Assembly (NCBI GenBank): GCA_051942245.1
Contig: JAVECL010000199.1
Coordinates: 1 to 36,628 of the forward strand
Origin: Trypethelium eluteriae
Taxonomy: Eukaryota
Direction of reading: 5' to 3'
Length of the DNA: 36,628 nucleotides
Part shown: in pieces, positions 10,318-21,499 of the stretch
How positions within the stretch are numbered: the stretch's first letter is position 1
Layout of the letters: each line of letters opens with the position of its first letter
Program-made: the position numbers and the translations under genes
The notes under the pieces: model-generated
Told to the model about the DNA's origin: nothing
Databases searched by the model: none
The model's input: only the letters and a program-made list of their open reading frames with translations

Positions 10318-13300
10318 ATGGCTCATCAGCCCAGCTGTATTGTATCAAACCCGAGGGATATAAGCTATCCTATCACTGCATGTGAAAAGCTGGGGACCTT
10401 CGGCCATAGGATTTGGTATATGGCATCTCACGAAACGCCATGTGCCTGCTTGAGATCTGATTTTGAAGCGGATATACGTCAAAAGCTTGATGATGATTTA
10501 AGACGTCTCATAGACCGTGTTCAAGCCGTCACCAACGTTCCAGATGCTTGCGCCGAGTTTAGGTTGATCGGCCGCAAGAAGCGTGGTCTTATTCAGGCGA
10601 CGCCCACTGTACTGATAACCTGTTACACGAAGGAGTGTCAGCAAGCCGTCAAAAAGCACTTCCAATCCAAAGAACGGCCCAACTACTTATTGAGTTTTGG
10701 AAAGCCCGTCTTGGTCAGATTGCAAAGCCCTCGACTCCGGTGGGCCGCTCAAAGCGAGCCCCATATCCCAACAGGGCCACTACCTGAAGAAATTAAAATA
10801 ACGGATCCCACCGATGTGCACGTTAGCTTTGAAAGCATCACAAATAGCGAATCAATAGCTGGTTCTCTGATGAAGTTTGAGTTTGCAAGTGGAAGCGGAC
10901 GCAAAGCTCGTTACTCCCGTTTGGGTGGAGTTATCGATATTGACGGCGTAGCTCACATGTTGACCACTGCGCACGCTTTCGTCACACCCGCGGCACAGGT
11001 CGATCGAGCTACAACTCCGGATCAAGAATCAGCCGATGCCAGTGACAACGATGTGCTGTACATCAACTCGGAAAGCGAGACTCATGACGTGGAGGATCCA
11101 TCAGATGCAGAAAGCACAGCTGAAGAAGAACCTTCCAATGTCTCGAACGTCTCAAATTGGTCCGCGACCAGTGATGTTGGAGTCTGGGTATGTGGCAAAG
11201 ACCATGGTGGTGAAGTAGAAAACGGCGCCTTGAGCTCGGACGTGCATGGTTCAGACTGGGCAGTCTTCAAGACCTCTAGCGCATACTCAGATAGAAACAC
11301 ATACAGCTATCACGCTCCCGAGGGACCGCCTGAAGTCATATCAATTTGCTCTATCGCTGGAGGTAGTGCCGATGACCTCTGCGGCGATGCGCTCGTGTTG
11401 GGCAGCCGTTCACGCGTCCTTCCCGGATATGTGCACAAATCTAGAGTCTCAATGTACAGTAACGGTGACGTATTCCATCTACACCAAATTCGTATGGAGG
11501 CAGAACTTGGTATGTACACATACTTTTGCCATTCCGTACCCTTTCAGACGTCCCTAACGTGCTTGTTCTAGATTTTGCTCTCTCGGGTTCGTGGGTTGTC
11601 CGGGGCTCTTCTCTCCTTGGTATCGTCGTTATGGCCGACGACGAAGCGAAGGCACTTTACATGATTCCGGCCCAACAGACGTTTATGAGCATCAAAGCTA
11701 CCCTTGGGGCTCAGTCGGTTGGGCTCAAGCAGACATCTCCTACCCCACGAGAATTAGCAGTTCGTCGTTCAGCGAAGAATGTCCAGGCTATTAATTCCAG
11801 TGACTCTTCTCCATCGCTACCGGGAAGTGAACCATTTGGAACGCCGCCAGATGCCATCCCTGGAATACAAGAAAGTGTAAGAGACTTTAAGGACTCGTCA
11901 CAACGATGGCAGATCATCCATCGCGTCCGCCGCCACGAAGCATGGTCATCCTCGGTGGTAACTAAAAGCGTGGGACAATGGGATCTATGGCTTGACAAGC
12001 CTCGTTGGCGCCGTGAACCGGAAATTTCTCGGTACGACGAGGAGTCTATTGGAGACCCACAAGCAAGTGTTGCCCCCGTGTCTCTTAGGGGATCAATTCC
12101 GATCCCAGATGTCAATACCTATCTCTATCACCACAGGAATACCTTGTTCGTTGTCATCCGAGACTATGAACAGAATACCCGCCAGCCATTCCTATGGGGA
12201 GACATTCCGTCCTCAAGAGATATGATGGCCCTCGCTGAAAAGGATGGTCCGCCGCCTTCAAGTGAGATGGTCTCGATCGTTTCCACCGATCTCTACAAGG
12301 TCTGTGACAAGATGTTTACCCTACTCCCCTACCGACCCAACAGCTTCAGACCCAAGCATAAGTACCAGCTAAACGCACCATATCTCTCGATCTATCATTC
12401 TCGCAAATCACTTAAGCAATGTGCTTTACAGCTTGGTCCTCAAGAACTCGAGATTTGGGAAGTACTTATCAGATATATACTGGAGACTTATGGCGGCGAT
12501 TATGAGAAAGCGGACAAGTTAATCTCGGAAGGGCGGATTACGAAATCGTTTCTCCCGTATCTGTTTAAGCCAAAGCAACACATGGTCCGAAATGATAATG
12601 GGGTCTTGCGAGCCTACAAGTCTGATTCCTGGCTGAAAGTTTCGAAAAGAAGACTGATTGCGGAACGAGACAATGACAGTGGAGATGAAATTTCATCTCC
12701 AGGTAATGGTGGCCTATCTAGCCTATCTGAGAAAGACAACAGCTCTTCTCCTGGAGATGAAGAAGCCTTAACCCCGTATTTTTCCACTGATGAGGAAGAC
12801 GAAAACCAGTGCACTTATGAAGTCATCTCTTGGGCTGTTCAAAGTCACTACTGGGAATTCGATGGAGAATTCTATGTCAAGTCAGAAAAATTTGACATCC
12901 CATGGACTTGGTCAAATGAAGACATGGTTCCGATCAGTGAACTGAGTTTGTATCCACTTGATTCGGCCGAATTATCCGTCCGTGATTCACTTGTGACTAG
13001 AGGGCGTCGGTTTTGGAGCTGCCGCAAACAATGTTATGTCGCATACAAAGGCAAGGACGGCCGTCAGGCAAGTATCAACCCACCAATGGCGCAATTGGAA
13101 CTGACAATTGAGCCTACAGACAGATGCAAGGTATATTATTGATACAATGACATTCAACATGATTCACCACAGACACCAAAAGCTCCCAGCCAGCCGCAGA
13201 AGGCTTGATGCGGCATCATTCCGGCCTGATGAACTATTCTTTACACTTCTCCCAGCCGAAATTATGGGATTCAGTTTACTTACGAAAATTTGGGGTAAGT

Positions 13301-14191
13301 AAATTGCTGACTACCGTTGCAACGTTCGACTAAAGTTTTTTTTCAGCCTCTTTAAAAATTGATAGAATAGAAGAAGTTCAATGGAACAACGAAGCTTTTG
13401 AAAGGCTCGTAATACCCGATCAGACCAAGGAACTAATAAGAGCTCTCGTCGACAATCACTCGGACGCTGAAGAGCACGATCTCATTGCTGGAAAGGGAAA
13501 AGGGCTGCTTATACTCTTACACGGAGCTCCCGGTGCGGGTAAAACATTCACAGCGGAGTGCGTAGCTGAAAAGGTAGAAAAGCCACTATATCAGGTGTCA
13601 TGTGGTGAAATTGGCACTGATCCAAGCGAGTTGGAGAGATATCTGGGATACGTATTCGACCAAGCTAACAGATGGGACTGCATTGTGCTTCTGGACGAAG
13701 CAGATGTCTTCCTACAGCAGAGGGATCTCTCGGACCTACAGCGAGACTCACTAGTCTCTGCCTTTCTTCGAATACTGGAGTACTACAGCGGAATACTTAT
13801 GTTAACCACGAATCGGGTAGGTATCTTCGATGAAGCTGTCGTATCCAGGATCACACTCGCCCTCCATTATACCGTCCTCGGTAACGAGCAGCGGGGGATG
13901 ATCTGGTCAAATTTCTTCAACCTCTTGGAAAAAGGGGAGACCGGACTTGAAGTCGACTTTGATGATCTGCGTCTCCACCTTCGTGATCTTGCAGAGAAGG
14001 CCATGAACGGCAGACAGATTCGAAATGTCATTACTACAGCCAGACAGCTTGCAAAGTTTAGAAGGCAGCAACTCGATTTTGGGATAATACAGCAAGTTCT
14101 CGGGGTTTCTGGCAAATTTGATCAATACTTGAATGAGGTGCGGAATGGCTTGGATGACACTGAGGCCGCTCGAATGAGAGGGTCTCGTTGA
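10318..14191 (+). CDS. Trypsin-like (PA clan) serine protease domain fused to a fungal AAA+ ATPase (~1235 aa); exons 10318-11509, 11572-13067, 13120-13294, 13347-14191
   Basis: All three introns join in frame (3708 nt in total). Protease motifs: LGGVIDIDGVAHMLTTAH, SDWAVF, ALSGSWVVRGSSLLGIVV. ATPase motifs: WNNEAFERLVIP, GKGKGLLILLHGAPGAGKT (Walker A), IVLLDEAD (Walker B), FLRILEYYSGILMLTTNRV, SRI, MNGRQIRN. Confidence 0.88.
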
Positions 14192-14920
14192 TACGCCCCC
14201 AACAAGTCAGGCTTCTAATGTATACCTTATACATATGACACACTTGGCAACATTTGTTTCAAATTCTATAGTCTCTGACATGAGAATCTTAAGAGACTGC
14301 ATATATGTGAAATCCATTCATAGGAATGAGAGAATCAACTAATCATTTGCTCTCCGTTTTGGGGACGCCCATTTTCTTGCGGAGCAATTTCAAGGTCTTA
14401 AAAGCGCTCGGTAAGTTAGCATCTGGGGGAGACGGTAAGTTTCATTTGGCTTGTCGTCTTCCTATTCCTGCTGGTTTCATCCTCATGTCTGGAAGTGGAA
14501 AATTTGCCCTAACCTGTGAGGCTGGTACACTTATTCGCGCAACCTGTCAATTCATTTTGATACCGTGTTTATGAAGACGGAGGTCTTTCTTGATGTTCAA
14601 TCCAAATTGTGATGGTATCCAGTTAGAGCGAATCAACGGAGCAACATCAATGATCCTTGGGAGACAACCAAAAACTGAGCTGGTGAAAGAATTGCGGGTC
14701 CTTCATTGACTTTTCTCCTGGAATTTGACCTGGTCATTTTGGGGAAAGGGAGAATGATAGCCGTAAGAAACTTGAAGCAGAAGACATCATACAAGACGAA
14801 ATAGTGAAGGAACACAATCCTCGAGCTCAAAAGATAGTTGGAGCTATAAATTACATGACATCTTGACCTACTGGTTGGACGAGCCAAGAGTAGGGATCAT
14901 GGTTGACGTCTAGTCAACCT

Positions 14921-15366
14921 TTATGTATGGCTCCCAGCAGCTCCCGTAACTCTCAGCACAAAATTGACAATGACTGCTGCTAAAAGCGCAACAGCGAGCA
15001 CCGTTGGTCCATATCGATCATCAAATCCACCCTGACCCCGTTTCCGTATGCTCTGTGCCCTCCAGTGGAAGGTGAAGAGGGCATATATCATGGTGGCCAT
15101 GGCAACGAGAGTGAAGAGTCCCGCGCTGATTTGACCGACCTTGTCGCCGAAGTTGAGGAGGCCAATTGCAAGGCCACCAAGGATGACGGTGAAGTTAAGC
15201 CATGAGAGGAAAGTTCGTTCGTTCGCAAAGAAGACTTTGGGTTCGACGCGGGTAGGTAGAGCGATACGCTTGCCTAGAACTGAACGATTAGTCCTGGAGC
15301 CGAATGAGATCGATCATGTCCAACATGCGTACCGGGAGCTGTCTGGAGAAGAGGCTGGCTTGACAT
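14921..15366 (-). CDS. VTC1: Vacuolar transporter chaperone 1 (VTC complex subunit), 128 aa; exons 15366-15333 and 15273-14921
   Basis: Spliced product [65 protein letters not shown], with intron 15274-15332. Not in the ORF track. Confidence 0.95.
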
Positions 15367-15885
15367 TATGACCACTTTTTCCTGGAGCTAATAGCAATAG
15401 ACAAAGAACAAGTGGTGACGATTATCAGTAAGAGCGATGGAATGTATGGAGAAGACCTAAAGCTACCTAGGCATTTGAGAAGTTTGATAGTTGGAAAGAC
15501 GTTTTGCTCTTCGGCGGGGCTAAGCATGGGGAAAGAGGAGGTGGCCGATATTTGTACCGTAGTGGGGATCTTGTAGCTTAAGAGGAACAAGGATACTCAT
15601 CAATGTCCACTCCTTGGGATTCATTGCTTTCCTTTCCCCCAATTGTTGAATATCCAGTGCATACTGTCTATGGTCTCTGAAATTACTGGAGAAGTCCTCC
15701 AGGCGTGGAGAATTCGAGATTACAATAGTGTATCGGCCACCTCCAATGTCACCAACCCTGGAGGCTTTATCTACGGCGAACTGCAGAAGCTAGAACCACA
15801 ACCACCAAACATCGCCCCTCCACTGTAAACAATCATCAGACGATCCACAGCCCGGAATCTGATTGAGTAGCATCACATCTGCAAA

Positions 15886-16545
15886 ATGTCTGAATCAGTA
15901 CGATACCATACAAAGGCCCTGCAACCAACTGGAACGCTAAATCTCATCAGCCCGTGTCGACTACCCGATTGAAGCAAATAGCAACAGACGTGGGTTGCTC
16001 GTTGACTGCAGCTAATGATCATTCTCACGATAATACAGGCTTGTGACTCTGCACTTGGGACTGTCGAAGGATACTCTCATTCACGGACATCAGAGTGGAA
16101 TGAGACCATTATTGTAAGCGACACCGCCTCTGCAGACCGCCAGCCGCTCTGTTAGGTAGTATGCATAACTCACCATTGCCTTTGCTAGAACAAAATCCTC
16201 CAATCCCTAATCTCTGAGACTTCGTCGAATGGCAATCCACCCACGTTCAAATACGCTGTGAACAGCACCATCATTCAGCACCTCTCAGACCCTCGGCCAC
16301 AACCAATTAGCACATCTAATGCCTCCACACAAGGAACTGAGGGATCCACAGCCGAGAATGAGACACCCTCAGAGACTCCGAGTGGGACTGTGACCAGCGG
16401 ACAGAAGGTGGGTAGAAGAGGTATGCATAGCGCCACCGGAGCATTTTGGAATAATGAGAAAGATGGAATGTGGAGCTTCAAATATGATGGTGGGGAGAAA
16501 AAGGGTATGGATGTCGTGGTGTGTGTGCTTTGGATTGCGGTTTGA
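15886..16545 (+). CDS. Dynein light chain, Tctex-1 family; exons 15886-15897, 15951-15989, 16039-16113, 16189-16545
   Basis: Three phase-0 GT-AG introns. Product MSESPVSTTRLKQIATDACDSALG..WNETIINKILQSLI..FKYAVNSTIIQH..GRRGMHSATGAFWNNEKDGMWSFKY..DVVVCVLWIAV. Confidence 0.9.
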
Positions 16546-16800
16546 GAAATGATATGTGTAAGAGAGATCAGTTCAACAATGTGCTTTTGGACTATATTGT
16601 ATAAGATACATATGCTCTCGAGGTAATTATGCACAACGATTTCGATGATCCACAGATACAGATGGTTGATCATGCCAGATAAAGCAGCATCTTTGCACAA
16701 GTATACGACTTGGGAAAGGTGGCGCAGGCAACCTGGGTCCAAGCCTATTCTCCTTGTGAACATCCCCATGACTGGTAATTCCAGCAATTCCAAGCTCACC

Positions 16801-17759
16801 TCAAGTACTCATCTTAAACCCTCCATTCGCACATATGACGCTTCCCGTACACCACGCACTCTCCTCTCCCACCAACATCCCCACAATCCCCGCAATCTCG
16901 CCCTCATACCCCGGCCTTCCCCCATTCTTCTCCGCATCCCTCACAAACTCCTCTCGATCAATCCCCTCCCGCACCCTCGCCAACGGCGTATTCCGCATCC
17001 ACCAACTCATCTGCTCCTGAAACGCCGCATCATTCCCACCATACATATCCGTAGCCACAGGCCCAGGGTTCACCGCATTCACCGTCGCCCTCTCGCTCAA
17101 CTCCCGACTCCACGTACGCGTCATCGCCTCCAGCGCCGCCTTCGTCCCACCATAGATGCTCTGCCGCGGGAACCCCAAGCTCGAACTCACGCTCGACAGG
17201 TTCACCACGCGGCCGCTGCGGTCGTGCGGCAGGTACGGCTCCGCGGCCTGCATCAGCAGCAGCGGGCCACGCACGTTCACGTTGTACTGTCGCGCGAACT
17301 CCGCGCTGTCGATCTCCGAGATGGATCGGTTTTGCGCGACCCCCGCGTTGTTGATGATGATGGATAGCGTGAAGGCGCCGGTTTTAGGGTGCGAGAAGTG
17401 GTTCTTTGCGACGGAGACGAGGTGCGCGGGACCGCTTTCGGAGCCCATGTCGGCTTGGACGGGGATGGCGGTGACGGAATGCGTGTCTTGGAGGTGGGTG
17501 GCGAGGTCGGCGGTCTTTTGGGTGGAGGAGGGTGAGGTGTAGTTCATGAGGAGGGAGCAGCCTTTGGCGGCGAGGTTGTCGCAGATGGCGGCGCCGATGC
17601 CTGTTGTTGAGGTTAGATCTGGAGATGAGAGAGGGAGGTGCGCCTTTAATTGCCTCTTGATCCTCCTGTTACAATTGCGACTTTCCCCTCCAATGGCCTC
17701 CTTGCTGCGCTACTACCTAGGTTCGTAGATGCCATTCGCGTTGCCGTTGGTCTAGACAT
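16801..17759 (-). CDS. Classical short-chain dehydrogenase/reductase (3-oxoacyl-ACP reductase-like); exons 17759-17654 and 17600-16801
   Basis: TGGSRGIG (formed across intron 17601-17653, GC donor), IINNAG, VNLSS, YGGTK and VNAVNPGPVAT. An alternative ATG lies at 17735. Confidence 0.92.
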
Positions 17760-18577
17760 GATGTGGAATTGCGGCAAGGGAAGCTTGAGTCTGGACTTGA
17801 ACTTCTTCTGAACCAACTCATTGACACACACTCGCTGACAGTAAGAGCGCGTCTCGGCGCACTGTTTGGTAGAGATTTTGAGATGTGACGAGGGTTGGAG
17901 TTGCCCCGCAACTAATCGAGGGGTGGGTCTCTTCGACAGCATTATGCAGATAAGATAATAAAAGAAAGTCAAACTGAATATACTTCTCTAGAAGAATCTG
18001 AGGTACATATAGAAAGGCGATTGGATAATGTACGAAAAGAATCTCAACTTGTCGAAGGCAAGAAAGAGAAGGTACTATTTTCTATAAAGTATCTACCTAG
18101 GCCTAGGTACCTGGGGTCACGGACTATTTTCTCCCGCGGCAAACATTCCCCCTCTAGTGCCTCCCCCTCCTTCGGAGTAATTTCCGGTTCCTGAAATTAT
18201 CTTAACCTACGGTGGCACTGGTGGTACCGTACCGTGTGCCTACGAGAGTGACTACCTAGATTGAGGTCAGAAACTTTTGCAATTTTTTCCTTAACGTTAT
18301 TGGCGAATTTCAACGCATTAACTTTTGGCCACTGCCGCAGCTTGATCACATCCAAGTGTATGGAGACTCAAATAGTGAGCTTACAAAGCTAATGTATTAT
18401 TCTGAGATACTCTATAGGTGATGACTATTAGATATGAGAGAATCACAGACACACAGACCAGCCCGCCAGTCCCAAAAGAGCAGAATACCGGATGCCAAGT
18501 TCAAGATGGCCCATGCCACTCGACGTCCAAGCTGACGTTCCTGACGTCTTAAGCCAGCAAAATCAGCATCGCCGCCA

Positions 18578-18943
18578 TCAGCCAAAAGTGCCGTCTTGGC
18601 TCTTCACGCTCGTTCGATGGCACTCCAAATTACATAAGCGAGCATGGGAACAGCATCCTAGGAGACGGACGGGGGCCCAATTGAGGACTCGTTTTGCATA
18701 GTTGCTGCGGTTGGTACGCCGCTGAAGCTTATCCTGGTCGTGCTTCTGCTCGCGTAGCTCCCGGGCCCGCGCTGCCTCCTTCTCTATACATTTGTCGCAG
18801 TTCCAAGTGACGTTTATATCCTGTCCGTACGTGATGTCGGCTTCAGAACAATTCGCCTGCCTTTTTTTCGCCTCGGTGCATCTTGAGGTTTGTATCTTGA
18901 GTATATGTCCGCATGCATATTTGAAAATGGTCCTGTTGCACAT
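18578..18943 (-). CDS. Small Cys-rich, putatively zinc-binding protein (MC..CGH..C..C..CxxC) with a charged helical tail
   Basis: MCNRTIFKYACGH..RC..NC..CDKC followed by EKEAARARELREQK. Good start context (CAAG-ATG). The 3' end may be spliced. Confidence 0.6.
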   Translation of the reverse strand: MCNRTIFKYACGHILKIQTSRCTEAKKRQANCSEADITYGQDINVTWNCDKCIEKEAARARELREQKHDQDKLQRRTNRSNYAKRVLNWAPVRLLGCCSHARLCNLECHRTSVKSQDGTFG

Positions 18944-21499
18944 CTTGATGTAATAGTGCTAAGCTCAGAATGCCCTACAGGTTCGAGTTAGTCTGGTCAA
19001 TCATTTCTTTGTATATGTATAGGTAGACACATGGCATGGGAAATAATGAGACGAGATAATGATGAGCCATGCCCACTTACGTTTGAGGGTGGCAGAGCTA
19101 AGGCCGGACTGGACTAAGTATGGTCTTTTCTTTAGAATGACAACACGATTATTCCCGATGATCGGTCGATTTGTCGCAAATGCAGTATCTCAAAAGAATT
19201 CTTGGAGGGGCTCCAATCGCTTCTTATACTTCTTCTCAGTGAGCAAGGAGGGATCTTACATTGATCAATGGTGAACAACTGTGAGCAATACGTTGTCAAT
19301 ACTGAGAAGCTAAAGGATGAATGTCTTCGACGACTGAGCAAAGACCGAAATTACTAGGTCTTGTAGTGACTACGGGGGAATTACAAAGACCATACTATGA
19401 CTACTTGTGAAAAGAGTAATTGAAAGAGAGTCACTGGCATTGCAAGCCAGTGAACAAGTGGAAATCATAAACACACATCCCGCGCGATGTTGACAATAGA
19501 TGGCAAACAATCAACTGAGTCAAAATCATGCTGGTGACATGATGACAAACAGCCACGGCTGACCATAAGGTCTCCATGCATTGGAGATCATTGGAAGCGG
19601 CGCAATGATAAGAGGAGTCGAGACTCGAAGTGCCGGTGATTCATAGTAAGAGTAAATATGTACAATCGGACTATGAATGGGATTTGAGTGGAAACATAAT
19701 ACCTACGGTTTCTAGCTGACGAGCAGTGAAGCCTAATGCAAGACAGAGTCAACATTCATTAGTATGGAGGGTCGGTGAATAAGTACATGTTTTGAACATA
19801 ACGTCTTGCCTGATCGTGGGTTGAACATTGATCGCTCTGGGAAACACAATGTCCGCTCTTCATCATATCATCATCTTGTTTCATGAAACAGGTAGAGTAT
19901 TTGATGAGCTAATGAGCCGCTGATTGTCCTGCAAGCACTCCAAATAAGATTTGTCGGTTGGGGAAGCTGTTGACAAGTGAAATCCGACCCTTAATAATAC
20001 ACCGTCTTCTATACAAAATGCCGACCTGGAAAACATCAGAATGAATTCGTTCTCCAAGCTAGCTTCAGCAAAATGACTTGTCCCAAGCTCAAGTTGGACT
20101 AATGTTGACGTTGCTGAAGGGAGGGGGGAACGAACTCCATTACCAGTTGATCGAAGACTCCGCATGGAAGGATACGTAACAGAAATGCCGGAATAGACAT
20201 CAGGTCAGTCATGACATATCTCAGCAACCTAAGCTCGAAGGAAGACTATTGCGGTAGCCAGCAGGTTGGCCCTAAAAGGTATCAACGCTGGGCCAAAACA
20301 TATGAGCTCAATCTGTACGCTGCAGGTCACCTCATCTTATCCCTGTCTGTAGAGTCGGCAGAATGGTTCGGCACTCAATACCAAAGTGTACCAGAAATTG
20401 GAGTCCCAGAAACAGAATCAGTAGTGGCTCCTTAGGTCGGTGCAAGCTTGTGCGTTTAGATCTCTAGGGAGCCACATTCGAGATGCTGTGAATAAGAAAA
20501 GGTCTGCTCATAAGATGATAACGTTAATTTTGCCGAGCGTAGTGGAAAGTGGAGCTGGAAATGTTGGCCCTGAAGCAGTTGTGAAGTGGCTATTTTAGGA
20601 TCTTTGCGTGCAAGTGATTGGTTGAATAGGCTCCATCTACGAAGGAGACTCATCGTCGACTGATGCTGACATATCATTGACTGAAAATCGATTGGAGAGT
20701 GAGACGAAAAATAGAGAGTGATGCTGTTGAAACAAGATCATAAGGTAGGGTGCCTTTGGATGCAATCCGCAAGGTCCATAATGGCCTGCCAATCAGCTTG
20801 CTCGTGAAGACAAAAGTGCTCACCTTCTCTTGTCTAGCCCTTAATTAATGTCTGGGAAGAAAATGACGAGATGGGACGATATGTATTGACGGCGGGCGCT
20901 ATACTCAGGGGGAAAAGCCAAAGACAACTGAATACCAACGCAACGTTTTTTTCCAAGGGAGATTAGGTTAGATCTATGCTAATAGGGAGTAGACAGCCTC
21001 AAATAAGGACTTGGCAATGGATACTCTACAAAGCTTCCTGTTACCTGCGAGTGAATAAAAGCGTATATAAACAATGCAAGATAAGAGGCATGAGGTGGCT
21101 AATTAAAGCATGGACTTAGACATCCTCATTCAGAGTTCCTCAGGACGGTTCCAAGCAACTTGAAGAAGTGGTCAAGGATCGCAAGTATATCTTGCCAGAT
21201 ATATTCCAGGGAAGCAAAAGCAAGAAAAGTAGAAACTCCCGGTAACACTAAGTTCACATCAGTGTTAAATTACACAAGCCCAAAGCAATGTCAGAGCCAG
21301 CTCATGAATTGGAGAAAGGAAGGAGAATACAAATGGAGAAGAGGATTTAAGAGAAAAGAAATTGAGCAATGAGAGGATTAAGAGGGAGGAATTCCGCAGT
21401 AATTGAGTACCAATGAAGCGAGGCAAGACGAGTGGCTCAACACTGATCCAACATGCCCATGCCACTCTTCTACCTCTCCCATGATCGATTCGCATCCCT

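Noticed and set aside
16645..17367. 240-aa plus-strand ORF rich in R/P/H
   Set aside because: Antisense shadow of the GC-rich SDR coding sequence; no domain features.
19059..21372. Scattered 69-94 aa ORFs between the two Cys-rich micro-genes
   Set aside because: No motifs or supportable splice structure; treated as intergenic.
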